The notes under the pieces are model-generated. The model saw only the letters and a list, made by a program, of their open reading frames with translations. It made no database searches and was not told the DNA's origin. Both the position numbers and the translations under genes were made by a program. From a virus (taxonomy: Duplodnaviria > Caudoviricetes): a stretch of DNA of 63,021 bases. Within the stretch, counting starts at the first letter, position 1. Every line of letters starts with the position of its first letter. The DNA is taken from positions 1 through 63,021 of the IMG/VR virus record IMGVR_UViG_3300037518_000374. One strand, 5' to 3'. This document shows, one piece after another, positions 46,769 through 55,418 of this stretch.

Positions 46769-47268
46769 GGTTGTGCCCACCCCCATTTTTTTACCCATCT
46801 AATCTTTGGACCAGAAGGCCGTTGTTCTTCGCCGAATAAATTCGTCTGAACTCTTGGACGACTTTGCGTGCTCCAGGTAGGCCGAGCATCCAATCTCGCA
46901 TCCTCCTGGAACCCAGAAGCTCGTAACGATACCCCCGACTCCGATTGGAGTGTGTAGGTCACAATTCTTTTGTATCCGAGAGCGCGAGCGGCCCGACAGC
47001 ATGCGCCGTAGAGTAGCGAACACGCATTGCGGCACCCGTTAGTGGCCACCCGCGTAATCTCGCATGTTACTCCATCCTGTAGCGCCCTGGCACTTGGTCT
47101 ACCGACAATCGCGATTCCCACCAACTCATCACCACTGTTCGCACCCACGGCGAACAACCCGGATTGTGGTGCCTTATTGTGGCGGTGCCAGCGGGCACAA
47201 ACAGTCTTGGCGCGAGCAATTGTCATCGGCACAACCGTGAGCAAATCAACTTCGGCCGCCATAACCAC
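46765..47268 (-). CDS. XF1762-family (GNAT/Mom-like) protein
   Basis: WHRHNK, AIVGRPSAR, EITRVAT, NACSLLYGA, TYTLQSESGVSLRASG. Confidence 0.75.
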   Translation of the reverse strand: MVMAAEVDLLTVVPMTIARAKTVCARWHRHNKAPQSGLFAVGANSGDELVGIAIVGRPSARALQDGVTCEITRVATNGCRNACSLLYGACCRAARALGYKRIVTYTLQSESGVSLRASGFQEDARLDARPTWSTQSRPRVQTNLFGEEQRPSGPKIRWVKKWGWAQP

Positions 47269-47383
47269 ACCTCGTTCGTGCGCTCATGTACGATCGGACG
47301 TACTGCTCGGCCGCGTTGTAGACAGGCCGGTCAGCGCGGCAGCCGGCCAGGGCCGCCAGCACGATCAGGACGTATCTCGTCAT
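47246..47383 (-). pseudogene. truncated N-terminal copy of the lipoprotein at 46244-46768
   Basis: LAGC lipobox plus YNAAEQYVRSY vs YNAAEQHVRQY. Confidence 0.6.
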
Positions 47384-47394
47384 CGCGAGCCCAT

Positions 47395-47604
47395 TTATTC
47401 GTCGTCGGTCTCGGCGTTCTCGCAGTCGAGACACATCTGGTTCATTCCGGCGCGACAGTTGACGCAGCATCGTCGCGCACATTCCGGGCACTCGTACAAA
47501 CGCGGGGCATAGTTCGGGGGGAGTTGTCCACAGGAATCACACCTACCCAAGCGCGACCTGTCGGCTTCGGGCTTGCTCGCCTTGGTGGTCGGTCGTTTAG
47601 CCAT
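47395..47604 (-). CDS. small zinc-finger protein
   Basis: Multiple CxxC pairs. Confidence 0.55.
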   Translation of the reverse strand: MAKRPTTKASKPEADRSRLGRCDSCGQLPPNYAPRLYECPECARRCCVNCRAGMNQMCLDCENAETDDE

Positions 47605-47788
47605 TGGCTGTCTCCCGTGGCCTGCCGACGCCTCGAAGTCGTGATCGGGCAAAGTACGTCTGTCGCTCCTGCCAGGGAAGCGAGCGATTCGCCTTGCGCA
47701 CGAAGAACTCTATCGCGACAGACGGGTCCCATCCGCGACGCTCGTAGAACCGGATCAGGCGCTTCAGCTCGCCGATCTCAACCATCAC
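47597..47788 (-). CDS. hypothetical protein
   Basis: 63 aa, overlapping start/stop with neighbours. Confidence 0.45.
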   Translation of the reverse strand: MMVEIGELKRLIRFYERRGWDPSVAIEFFVRKANRSLPWQERQTYFARSRLRGVGRPRETANG

Positions 47789-48014
47789 CTTCCGTGTCCT
47801 CTATCTTCTTCTCTTTGGCCAGATTCGACAGCCAACGCAACGTGTCGGACAGCGACTCGAGCGCTTCCGAGCGAGACATTCCGTCTGTCTCCAAACCGCC
47901 AAGGCGGGCAGAGTAGTCCGGCATCGTCGCGCCGGGTTCAGCGCCATAGCTCACACCGGCCCACCACAGGCCGGGCGCACTGGGGGATTCGTAGACGTAG
48001 ATTTCCAGTCTCAT
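47778..48014 (-). CDS. HicB-like mini protein, paralog 1
   Basis: IYVYES..PGLWWAGV ... GMSRSEALESLSD. Confidence 0.6.
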   Translation of the reverse strand: MRLEIYVYESPSAPGLWWAGVSYGAEPGATMPDYSARLGGLETDGMSRSEALESLSDTLRWLSNLAKEKKIEDTEGDG

Positions 48015-48024
48015 CGCTTTGCCC

Positions 48025-48582
48025 TCATCGCCTCACGTATCCCGACACGTCGCACATGTGTCGGAATTCATCTGAATCGTCTGCCCACGCCGAACCATCA
48101 TCCAATCGTTCCATAGCCTTTGCCAGAACTTCTCTGACTTCGCGAAGCTCTTTGTCCAGGGGATTATCTGGGATGGCCCGACCTTCGCCGACTGCTTTGC
48201 CGAGCCAATAAATCACGGCGTCTCGGCAGCCGACCTGCTCAGTGCTCGTCATGCCTTCTGTGAGCATCTTGAACATGCCGATCACAGACTGCACGACCTG
48301 ATCCTTCTTCTCGTCGTACGTTGGTTCGCTCATCATCGTCTCCTTAGCGCGATCCAGTCTCTTGCGATTTCGCTCAAGTTTCGCATGCCACTCCGCAGCC
48401 TCGCGGTTGCGTTCCATCCTCGCCAGCCACTCCATGCGCAAGCCCCACGTGGGCGGCCACGGACGCCGATACCCGCAACAGCATGCGCAGGTGTCGATCC
48501 GGGGAGCGTCGCTGTTGCAGGCCGGGCAGTAGCCCCATAGCACGCGCCAGAACGCCCGTAGTCGAGTCAGAAACAGCTTCAC
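48025..48582 (-). CDS. hypothetical protein
   Basis: GTG coupled to the upstream stop; CxxC motifs. Confidence 0.5.
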   Translation of the reverse strand: MKLFLTRLRAFWRVLWGYCPACNSDAPRIDTCACCCGYRRPWPPTWGLRMEWLARMERNREAAEWHAKLERNRKRLDRAKETMMSEPTYDEKKDQVVQSVIGMFKMLTEGMTSTEQVGCRDAVIYWLGKAVGEGRAIPDNPLDKELREVREVLAKAMERLDDGSAWADDSDEFRHMCDVSGYVRR

Positions 48583-48815
48583 GGATACCCCTTTCTCGCC
48601 TTCTCGGCGGCCGTATCTGACAGCCACCGCAGCGTGTCGGCCATCGACTCGAGCGCCTCTCTTCGGGAATCGCCGCTTTGCTCCAGCACGATGATCCGCA
48701 CGTCGGGAGTCGGGGCCGGCTCGTCGTGCTCCGAACCGTAGCTCACGCCGGCCCACCACATGCCGGGCGCAGCGGCGGATTCGTAGACGTAGATTTTCGG
48801 CACCATCATTTCCAT
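48579..48815 (-). CDS. HicB-like mini protein, paralog 2
   Basis: IYVYES..PGMWWAGV ... GDSRREALESMAD. Confidence 0.6.
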   Translation of the reverse strand: MEMMVPKIYVYESAAAPGMWWAGVSYGSEHDEPAPTPDVRIIVLEQSGDSRREALESMADTLRWLSDTAAEKARKGYP

Positions 48816-48818
48816 CGC

Positions 48819-49055
48819 CTACTCCTTCGCCACATTTTCGGCGTGATCCGCCCATAACCTAAGTCTGTCGGCCAGCCCGCGGAGCGCATCCGCGCGTGAT
48901 ATCCCCGTCGATACAAGGGGCTCAATGCTGAAATGTCGATCCGAGATCAACTCACCGGCCGAGATCAACTCACCGGAATCCCGACCACAATGCATGCCGG
49001 CCCGCCAAAGTCCGGGCTCTCTAGCGGACTCGTAGACGTAGATTTCGAGCTTCAT
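48819..49055 (-). CDS. HicB-like mini protein, paralog 3
   Basis: IYVYES..PGLWRAGM ... GISRADALRGLAD; internal 18-bp tandem duplication. Confidence 0.6.
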   Translation of the reverse strand: MKLEIYVYESAREPGLWRAGMHCGRDSGELISAGELISDRHFSIEPLVSTGISRADALRGLADRLRLWADHAENVAKE

Positions 49056-49306
49056 CGTTTCGCCCTCATCGCCTTGGCCGACATCGTGCCGGCCAGCTCC
49101 CCCAGCCGCCCGAGTACATCGGCCAGCGACCGAAGCGCTTCCGCGCGGGACGCTCCCTCCATCTCCCTGGTCAGCAGCTTCGTCGTGGGCCTCGGCCTTT
49201 CGCCGTCCTGCACCTTGTCCTGACTCACGCCGGCCAGCCACAGACCGGGCTGACACGCGGACTCGTAGGCGTAGATATTCAGATTCTTGGCTTGATCCAG
49301 CGTCAT
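49052..49306 (-). CDS. HicB-like mini protein, paralog 4
   Basis: IYAYES..PGLWLAGV ... GASRAEALRSLAD. Confidence 0.6.
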   Translation of the reverse strand: MTLDQAKNLNIYAYESACQPGLWLAGVSQDKVQDGERPRPTTKLLTREMEGASRAEALRSLADVLGRLGELAGTMSAKAMRAKR

Positions 49307-49560
49307 CGTTGCACCCTCTTCCGCTCCGCCGCCGCCGCCGCCTGCGCCTGAGCGATTGCTCTGTTCTGCAAGTCTCTCAGGTAGTCTACCAGTCTGTAGA
49401 GCGCTTCCGACTGGGACTCGCCGCTACACATCATAAACACTTCCTGGAAGGCCGGGTGACTACCAGCCAGTTCATCATCAGTGTGTTCGCTGTAGGACAG
49501 GCCGGCACGCCAGATGCCCGGCGGGCTGTCGGACCGGTAACTGTAGATTCTGATCGTCAT
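49303..49560 (-). CDS. HicB-like mini protein, paralog 5
   Basis: IYSYRS..PGIWRAGL ... GESQSEALYRLVD. Confidence 0.55.
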   Translation of the reverse strand: MTIRIYSYRSDSPPGIWRAGLSYSEHTDDELAGSHPAFQEVFMMCSGESQSEALYRLVDYLRDLQNRAIAQAQAAAAAERKRVQR

Positions 49561-49757
49561 CGCTTCGCCCTCGTCCGCTCCGCCGCCGCCCGCACCCGAT
49601 CGCCGACGTTGAGGATTCGGCAAAGTTCGCAACCGTAATGAGTACGATGTTCTCCCATAAGAACAAACTCCCCCTTCTGTCTATCGAGTATGCCCCAACC
49701 GTCCCCACCAACGGCCCATACGAACCGATCCTTGCGACGCTTCTTGATTGCCATCAT
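49557..49757 (-). CDS. hypothetical protein
   Basis: 66 aa, GAGGAG RBS. Confidence 0.55.
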   Translation of the reverse strand: MMAIKKRRKDRFVWAVGGDGWGILDRQKGEFVLMGEHRTHYGCELCRILNVGDRVRAAAERTRAKR

Positions 49758-49940
49758 CTACTCCTCTATCTTCTTCTCTTTGGCCCGATTCGACAGCCAC
49801 CGCAACTTGTCGGACAGCGAATCGAGTGCTTCCGCGCGGGAGCTACCGTTGATCTCAAGACCGAACAGTTTGTTCCCGCCCCAACTGACGCCAGCCCACC
49901 ATTGTATGGCAGTCTGATAGACGTAGATGTCCAGTCTCAT
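49758..49940 (-). CDS. HicB-like mini protein, paralog 6
   Basis: IYVYQ..WWAGV ... GSSRAEALDSLSD; C-terminus nearly identical to paralog 1. Confidence 0.6.
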   Translation of the reverse strand: MRLDIYVYQTAIQWWAGVSWGGNKLFGLEINGSSRAEALDSLSDKLRWLSNRAKEKKIEE

Positions 49941-50392
49941 CGCTTCGCCCTCATCGCCTGCAACAGTTCAGACAGCTCTACGCAAATCGTGCCACCTGTC
50001 TCCCATGCCATGCGATACATCAGTTCAGGTTCGCCGTCCGACAACAAGATGTACAGTGGCTTGCCAGCCCCGACGAAGTATCCGGCTTCCAGGTGGGCCG
50101 ATCTTCCACACGGCATAACGAGAACGCAGGCGTCGGCCCATTGCATCGCCTCAAAGTCGTTCATGAAACCGAAGTAGCACAGCGTGTGCTCCTGCAACTC
50201 CGTCCTGAACTGATCAGGGGTCCATGATTTCCATTCGGGGTCGATCGTGGACCAATGGAACCCCCCGTCGCCCGGTTTCGGGTGGCGGAAGTCGTAGACC
50301 TGGAACCCGTCGTCGCGCAGACTTTTCACGACCTCTGGTTGGCGTTCGTTCCGCCAGCTGCTCGCAACGTAGAGCTTCACCGCTTCGTTCAT
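49937..50392 (-). CDS. nucleoside 2-deoxyribosyltransferase-like protein
   Basis: LYVASSWRN, VYDFR, DFEAMQWADACVLVMPCGRSAHLEAGY. Confidence 0.7.
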   Translation of the reverse strand: MNEAVKLYVASSWRNERQPEVVKSLRDDGFQVYDFRHPKPGDGGFHWSTIDPEWKSWTPDQFRTELQEHTLCYFGFMNDFEAMQWADACVLVMPCGRSAHLEAGYFVGAGKPLYILLSDGEPELMYRMAWETGGTICVELSELLQAMRAKR

Positions 50393-50979
50393 CGCTTGGC
50401 CCTCATCGCCTCGATCACCTCGGGCATCCGCTCGGGATGCGTTCGCTGCCACCACGCGAAATCGTTCAGGTCGAGCTTTCCGTCACATTCACATGGTGGC
50501 TCCTCTTGCTGATCCGGGTCCGGCTCGCCGTCGCCCTCCGGCATCCAGCACCGTTCGTCGCCCATGACATCGAATGGCGGGCACCGGCGTAGAATCCATG
50601 CGTGCTGGCACCCGGTGCAGGTGTGGTACACGTCGCCGTTGCCGTACTGTGCCAGCACCCACCTGTGATCGTGCCCACAGCGGTAGACGATCGGGCGGCT
50701 GTTCAATGGTCCGGGGAACTCGATGTAGGTCACGCCCGGCACGTGGAAGTGCCAGGCAAACACGGGGCGGCGCTCGTGCGAGCCGTCGATCCAGTAGTCG
50801 ATCCACGTGATCTCTGGCGTCACGTACGGCCACTGTGCCCGCACGCGGGCAAGCTCCAGGATCCCGGCCCGTCCCAGCCGCACGTACGGCGTCGGGATCA
50901 TCCGGTCGGCGTCGGCGAGCCACGGGCGGTCCGGGGCCGGCAGGGCGGCCAGTAGCATCATGGTCGCAAGCATCATCAA
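50389..50979 (-). CDS. signal-peptide-bearing hypothetical protein with dockerin/EF-hand-like C-terminal motif
   Basis: Hydrophobic N-terminus; CDGKLDLNDFAWWQ. Confidence 0.55.
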   Translation of the reverse strand: MMMLATMMLLAALPAPDRPWLADADRMIPTPYVRLGRAGILELARVRAQWPYVTPEITWIDYWIDGSHERRPVFAWHFHVPGVTYIEFPGPLNSRPIVYRCGHDHRWVLAQYGNGDVYHTCTGCQHAWILRRCPPFDVMGDERCWMPEGDGEPDPDQQEEPPCECDGKLDLNDFAWWQRTHPERMPEVIEAMRAKR

Positions 50980-51713
50980 ACCTCCAACGCTCGCCGGACA
51001 GCCTTCGCCATCGCGCGGCCCATCGCGAACGGAACTCCGTTACCTACAGCCTTGCACTTCGCTGAAACAGTGAACGGCGGCAAATCGAAGTCGTCGCCGA
51101 GCCCCTGTTTCGCGCACAGCTCACGGAACGCAGTGCGACTCTTCGCATTCCACGGCATTCGGCCCTTGCCGTCCCGAAATTGTTTCTGCTTTCCTGATCC
51201 GCCGATCTTTATGGGGGTCGCCGACCCGCCCGTCGCGGCGTACTCATAGCCGAATGGCTCCAGCGCCACAGTCTCGATCAGCAGCGCACGCCGCCCACCG
51301 CGCCATCCGAATGACCAGCGCCTGACTCGGTTCTGAGCCTCGCCGAGCTGTCGATTGTTCAGCGTGCACGACCACACTCCGTAACCATGCACGACCGGAA
51401 CCGGCGCGTCTGGGACCTCCTCCATCAGAAACCACGCCGGCGCCGCTTCCTGAACGCACCGCTCGAACTCAGGGATCAGGTTGCCGAACTTTGGTTCGTA
51501 GCCGTTGTGCCGCACCATGTGGGCGAGTCGGCTGAACGCTTGGCACGGCGGGCCGCCGATCACGCCGTCGAACCGGCCGGCGGGCGGATGGAATCGTCGG
51601 ATGTCGCCGCCCCACAATACGTCGGGGCCGCGCACGACGCAGAAGCCCTCTTGCTCGAACGCCGAGTCGAGCATGCCGATTCCAGGGAACAGGCTGAGCA
51701 CGAGCTGCGTCAC
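50976..51713 (-). CDS. C5-cytosine DNA methyltransferase
   Basis: LSLFPGIG, GGPPCQAFS, FLMEEV, QNRVR, VGNGV. Confidence 0.9.
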   Translation of the reverse strand: MTQLVLSLFPGIGMLDSAFEQEGFCVVRGPDVLWGGDIRRFHPPAGRFDGVIGGPPCQAFSRLAHMVRHNGYEPKFGNLIPEFERCVQEAAPAWFLMEEVPDAPVPVVHGYGVWSCTLNNRQLGEAQNRVRRWSFGWRGGRRALLIETVALEPFGYEYAATGGSATPIKIGGSGKQKQFRDGKGRMPWNAKSRTAFRELCAKQGLGDDFDLPPFTVSAKCKAVGNGVPFAMGRAMAKAVRRALEV

Positions 51714-51865
51714 GATCGATTCTCCGAATTCTCCGGGACGTGGCTCGCCACCCCGGCCCGTCCGAGCCGCACGTGCGGAGTCGGGATCAGGGCGTCGGCG
51801 TCCGCCAGCCAGGGGCGGTCGGGGGCCGGACCGGTCAAACTCGCCAGCACAATCAAACAGAGCAT
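51710..51865 (-). pseudogene. truncated N-terminal copy of the gene at 50389-50979
   Basis: PAPDRPWLADADALIPTPHVRLGRAG vs PAPDRPWLADADRMIPTPYVRLGRAG. Confidence 0.65.
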
Positions 51866-52347
51866 GCCACACCTCCAGGCACCACGGGCGAATGCCGTCG
51901 CACAATCTCGGCACAGCGAAACGAGACGCTTGCAGCAGCATGAGCAGCAACATAATAAGTATAAGCAGAAGCAGCAGCAACAGAAGCAGCAACATAATGA
52001 CCAGCAGCAGCAACATAACGACCAGCAGCAGCAGACTTCAATTCGTCTACCGTGACGACCTCACCCCTACCCCATCGTTCCGCCGTCTCGATGGCGTGGC
52101 GGGCAGCGCGATCGCCCGGATAACGGGACTCGAAAATCGGCAGCTCGATTCGTGCACACTCCGCGGTGGCAAGCACGAGCGGGCGCCGTGAATCGCTCAT
52201 CGGCTCGCCGATATGCTGACTCCAGAACCAGAGCATCCAGTCGCCCCGCTGCGTAGCGTCCCACCACGCCTGCGGCGTGTCGTACTTCCTCGCCTCGTCA
52301 AGACCGGCCTTGCAGGCGCTGGGGTATTGGTCGGTCCAATGTTTCAT
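51853..52347 (-). CDS. Imm5-like phage protein with AAxY low-complexity tract
   Basis: RGDWMLW, IFESRYPGDRAARHAIETAERW motifs. Confidence 0.65.
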   Translation of the reverse strand: MKHWTDQYPSACKAGLDEARKYDTPQAWWDATQRGDWMLWFWSQHIGEPMSDSRRPLVLATAECARIELPIFESRYPGDRAARHAIETAERWGRGEVVTVDELKSAAAGRYVAAAGHYVAASVAAASAYTYYVAAHAAASVSFRCAEIVRRHSPVVPGGVACSV

Positions 52348-52742
52348 GATCGAGCCTCCGAATCCTCCGGGACGTAGGTCGCCTTATCGGCCCAGATCGT
52401 CAAGGGCGTCGAGTGTATCTCTTCGTGGCGACCACGCCTCCAATATATCAATCCGCCACCGATCACATCGGATACGTGGACCGAACACACGTGCATACGA
52501 TTCCCGTCTTTTTCGGCCCAGAGCGAGCCGATCGCCGGCAAGTTGAAGCGCATCATTCCGGGGGCCGGGCTGGCATCGTCAGCGCGTGCGGCTTCGGACG
52601 TGATCCGGTCGGCCACACTGCGCAGCGACGCCACTGCAGTGCGGATCGCGACGGCACACTCATCGCACGCCGGGACACACTCCATCTCCGACGGATGAAC
52701 CTGCTTGCCGCAACCTACGCAACTAGTCACATAGCTCATCAC
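52344..52742 (-). CDS. hypothetical protein with N-terminal zinc finger
   Basis: CVGC...CDEC; coupled. Confidence 0.5.
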   Translation of the reverse strand: MMSYVTSCVGCGKQVHPSEMECVPACDECAVAIRTAVASLRSVADRITSEAARADDASPAPGMMRFNLPAIGSLWAEKDGNRMHVCSVHVSDVIGGGLIYWRRGRHEEIHSTPLTIWADKATYVPEDSEARS

Positions 52743-53020
52743 CGCACCTCCACTGGCCCCTCGCCGGGCCTCAGCGCCGGCCAGCCCATCGACCGGACAA
52801 ACGCTGGGTGCATGTGCGACATTTTGAGCCCCCGTGGGTCAGTTGACATCCAAAGATTGTTAAAGAAGTCGTAGTGCCGGTCTCGGGCGGGCTTCTGGCC
52901 GACATATAGCACGTACCAGCATTGACTCTTTTCTCTGTTGTTATTGCTCCGGCACAGCCATCTTTTGTTCTTCGCCTTCGCCTTTGTCCGTTTCTTCGTC
53001 GTCACAACATCCTCCTCCAC
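52739..53020 (-). CDS. hypothetical protein
   Basis: In-operon ORF; start uncertain. Confidence 0.45.
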   Translation of the reverse strand: MEEDVVTTKKRTKAKAKNKRWLCRSNNNREKSQCWYVLYVGQKPARDRHYDFFNNLWMSTDPRGLKMSHMHPAFVRSMGWPALRPGEGPVEVR

Positions 53021-53403
53021 GTAGAGAACCGGAACTCGTCCACCGTGTAGGTCTCGCGATACAGCCTGCCGGACGACAGCGTGATCGACACACGCAACCC
53101 CACAAGGGGAGCATGCGACAGCACCACCGTCCCAACCAGATCGCGCACATTACGCACCGCGTCCCCCTCCATCACAATCTTACCGCCGCCGTCCCACACT
53201 GCCGGCACCCTGGTCCAGTGGGCCGCTTCGCTCACGGGCAGATACACGTGATCCGCCAACAGGGGCCGGACGCGATCATCGGCATCCTTCAGCTCCAGCG
53301 TCACCATCTCGCCCCCGTCACTCAGGTCGATTACCACGTAGGTCGCTGACCCGTAGCCCAGCATCGGCCGTCGCAGGATGTCGCCGACTCGGAGCGTCGT
53401 CAT
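53002..53403 (-). CDS. hypothetical protein
   Basis: MTTLRVGDIL start, coupled to the ligase stop. Confidence 0.5.
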   Translation of the reverse strand: MTTLRVGDILRRPMLGYGSATYVVIDLSDGGEMVTLELKDADDRVRPLLADHVYLPVSEAAHWTRVPAVWDGGGKIVMEGDAVRNVRDLVGTVVLSHAPLVGLRVSITLSSGRLYRETYTVDEFRFSTWRRML

Positions 53404-54158
53404 CGTCCACGTCCTCCGCCACCGTCCCACGTACAGTAGCGCGGATGCCAATTCCAGATCGACAGTTCCCCGCTCAGCTCTGGCAGGTAGCATCCGTCCG
53501 CCTTGTCGGGGCGCACATACTTCGCGATGAAATCAAATACGCCCTTCCGCTCTACCCGCCAGACCGCACCCTCGACTGGGTCGTCCGCGCCGTGGCGCCC
53601 ATAGGCCCCGAGCAACTCGATCGCCCTGTCGATCGAGCATGATTCTGGACCAGCATGCAGAACTGCCGGCATTTTCAAGTAGCCTTTTATCATCGCCGCC
53701 GCATCCATGACGCCAAGTCGCCGCGCACCGACCATCACATCGAACGCCACGAACGGAACAGAGTCGCATGTCATGCGGTATCGCGTACCGTGGGCTTGGG
53801 CAAGCCACTCGTCCACCACCCGATGCCCATCGGGCAGGAAGTCGAACCGCTCCACACATCCGAACACCCATTCGGCAAACAGGCGGTGCTGCTCGTACTT
53901 CGACGTGACCGCCGGATAGCCGGCGCGAATCAACGGAACGATCGTCCCGTCGATTCGCGCTACCGAGACGCACGAGCCGTCAAGCTTCTCCGTGACCTCT
54001 ATCCAGTCGTGTTTGTCCCGGGTCCGCTCCAGACAGATGCGGGCTTGCCCTTCGTGGATGCCGTGGTCCCCGGGTCCGCGCCTACTTCCGGGCAGGTGTG
54101 GAATTGATCCGTAAGCCTTGCTGCCCAATGGTTTCGGTGGTGGGGTTGTGTCGGTCAT
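53400..54158 (-). CDS. RNA ligase family nucleotidyltransferase
   Basis: YGSIPHLP, VTEKLDGS (motif I), FVAFD, VEGAVWR, AKYV. Confidence 0.8.
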   Translation of the reverse strand: MTDTTPPPKPLGSKAYGSIPHLPGSRRGPGDHGIHEGQARICLERTRDKHDWIEVTEKLDGSCVSVARIDGTIVPLIRAGYPAVTSKYEQHRLFAEWVFGCVERFDFLPDGHRVVDEWLAQAHGTRYRMTCDSVPFVAFDVMVGARRLGVMDAAAMIKGYLKMPAVLHAGPESCSIDRAIELLGAYGRHGADDPVEGAVWRVERKGVFDFIAKYVRPDKADGCYLPELSGELSIWNWHPRYCTWDGGGGRGR

Positions 54159-54376
54159 GATATTTGCTGCTTTCTCCACGACGACTTCATGAAATTGACC
54201 TGCGAATACGTCGAGCCCGTCCGCCAGCCGCTCCCGCGGTAATCTCGCTCCTCGACCGTGATGATCTCGCCGCCGCGAGAGTCGTTCACGATCCGCTTCG
54301 CGTAACCCAGCCGGCCGGTCGAGGCGCGGATCAGTGTATCGCCCTCACGGATTTCGTTGTTGTCTGCGTCACGCAT
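54155..54376 (-). CDS. hypothetical protein
   Basis: 73 aa, coupled. Confidence 0.5.
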   Translation of the reverse strand: MRDADNNEIREGDTLIRASTGRLGYAKRIVNDSRGGEIITVEERDYRGSGWRTGSTYSQVNFMKSSWRKQQIS

Positions 54377-54587
54377 CGGTCACCTTGCCCTCGATCGTGT
54401 CTGTCTCGGGGGCCTCGGGTAGCGGCACCTCGGCCGTCACCCACGAGAAACGGACCTCGCCCTCAAGCCAATCAAGTACCTCCCCGCGAAGCTCTTTCTC
54501 GTTTTTTTCTGCATCGTGGTCAAACGCCACGAACACCAAGCCGGCCTCGTTCACACCGACCAGTATTTTGATCTTAATAGTATTCAT
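54369..54587 (-). CDS. hypothetical protein
   Basis: 72 aa, GAGGAG RBS. Confidence 0.55.
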   Translation of the reverse strand: MNTIKIKILVGVNEAGLVFVAFDHDAEKNEKELRGEVLDWLEGEVRFSWVTAEVPLPEAPETDTIEGKVTDA

Positions 54588-54988
54588 CGCACCGCTCCTC
54601 GTGCGCTTCGTCGCGCCTTGGCTCGTCTCATCAGTCGCGTTGCGGCGTCGTAGATGTCCCGGCTCATGTGTTCAGCGGCCAGAATCGTCAGGTCCGACAG
54701 CCCCGCCGACCGCATCAGCCGCAGCGCATCCCGACAGTCGTAGGCCCGACACATCAGCGGTCGTCGATCGTGGATTGTGCATCCGCGCTTTCGATCGAGG
54801 TATAGGCAATCTCCGTTCGGCCGGTGCTTCAGATGGGCGCGACCGCTGGGCTCCATGGTCGTCTCGTACTCCGCCATCGGGTCATCCTCGGGATCGATGT
54901 AGACCAGCATGCCGTCGCGACAGCAGGCCGTACACCCGTCGCACGGTACGGGCATGGTCATGTTCAGCACTGCCAGCGAGACACCCAT
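54584..54988 (-). CDS. YkgJ-like cysteine-cluster protein
   Basis: CDGCTACC, DCLYL, CTIHDRRPLMCRAYDC. Confidence 0.75.
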   Translation of the reverse strand: MGVSLAVLNMTMPVPCDGCTACCRDGMLVYIDPEDDPMAEYETTMEPSGRAHLKHRPNGDCLYLDRKRGCTIHDRRPLMCRAYDCRDALRLMRSAGLSDLTILAAEHMSRDIYDAATRLMRRAKARRSARGAVR

Positions 54989-54993
54989 AACGA

Positions 54994-55416
54994 CTACCTC
55001 AGCTCGTCCAGCATGATCCGTGTCCGCGTCAGATGCCACTGCGCATCGACGCTCGACATCCGCCAGCCCCACACCTCGATCGCGTGGTGCCCACAACCCG
55101 CCAGCAGAAACGTCTTGGCCTTGTGGGCACACGTCTGAACGATCTTCCTCGTGCGATTCTCCTGCTTCGCCGTCGTGGTGGCCTGGATCGCCAGCGTGCC
55201 CTCGGTCGGGTGATACGCCAGCACGTCGATAAATCCGAGGTGGTCCCTCTTTCTGTTCGCTCCCCGAACCCACTGTTCGGTCACTTCGGCCAGCCACCCG
55301 TCCGCCTTGAGCTTGTCGAGCGTGAGACGCATCGTTGGGCTTGATTTTCCGCGCTTCCCGGATCGGCCCTGGAGGGCCGCGAAGTCGGCGGCGTCGATCG
55401 TGTCGTCGGTTGCCAT
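54994..55416 (-). CDS. PD-(D/E)XK nuclease, Holliday junction resolvase-like
   Basis: RDHLGFIDVLA ... LAIQATT ... IEVWGW. Confidence 0.65.
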   Translation of the reverse strand: MATDDTIDAADFAALQGRSGKRGKSSPTMRLTLDKLKADGWLAEVTEQWVRGANRKRDHLGFIDVLAYHPTEGTLAIQATTTAKQENRTRKIVQTCAHKAKTFLLAGCGHHAIEVWGWRMSSVDAQWHLTRTRIMLDELR

Positions 55417-55418
55417 CG

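Noticed and set aside
51930-52035. Poly-Leu N-terminal extension of the C5 methyltransferase
   Set aside because: Alternative frame of the AAxY tract in the upstream gene; the methyltransferase starts at 51713.
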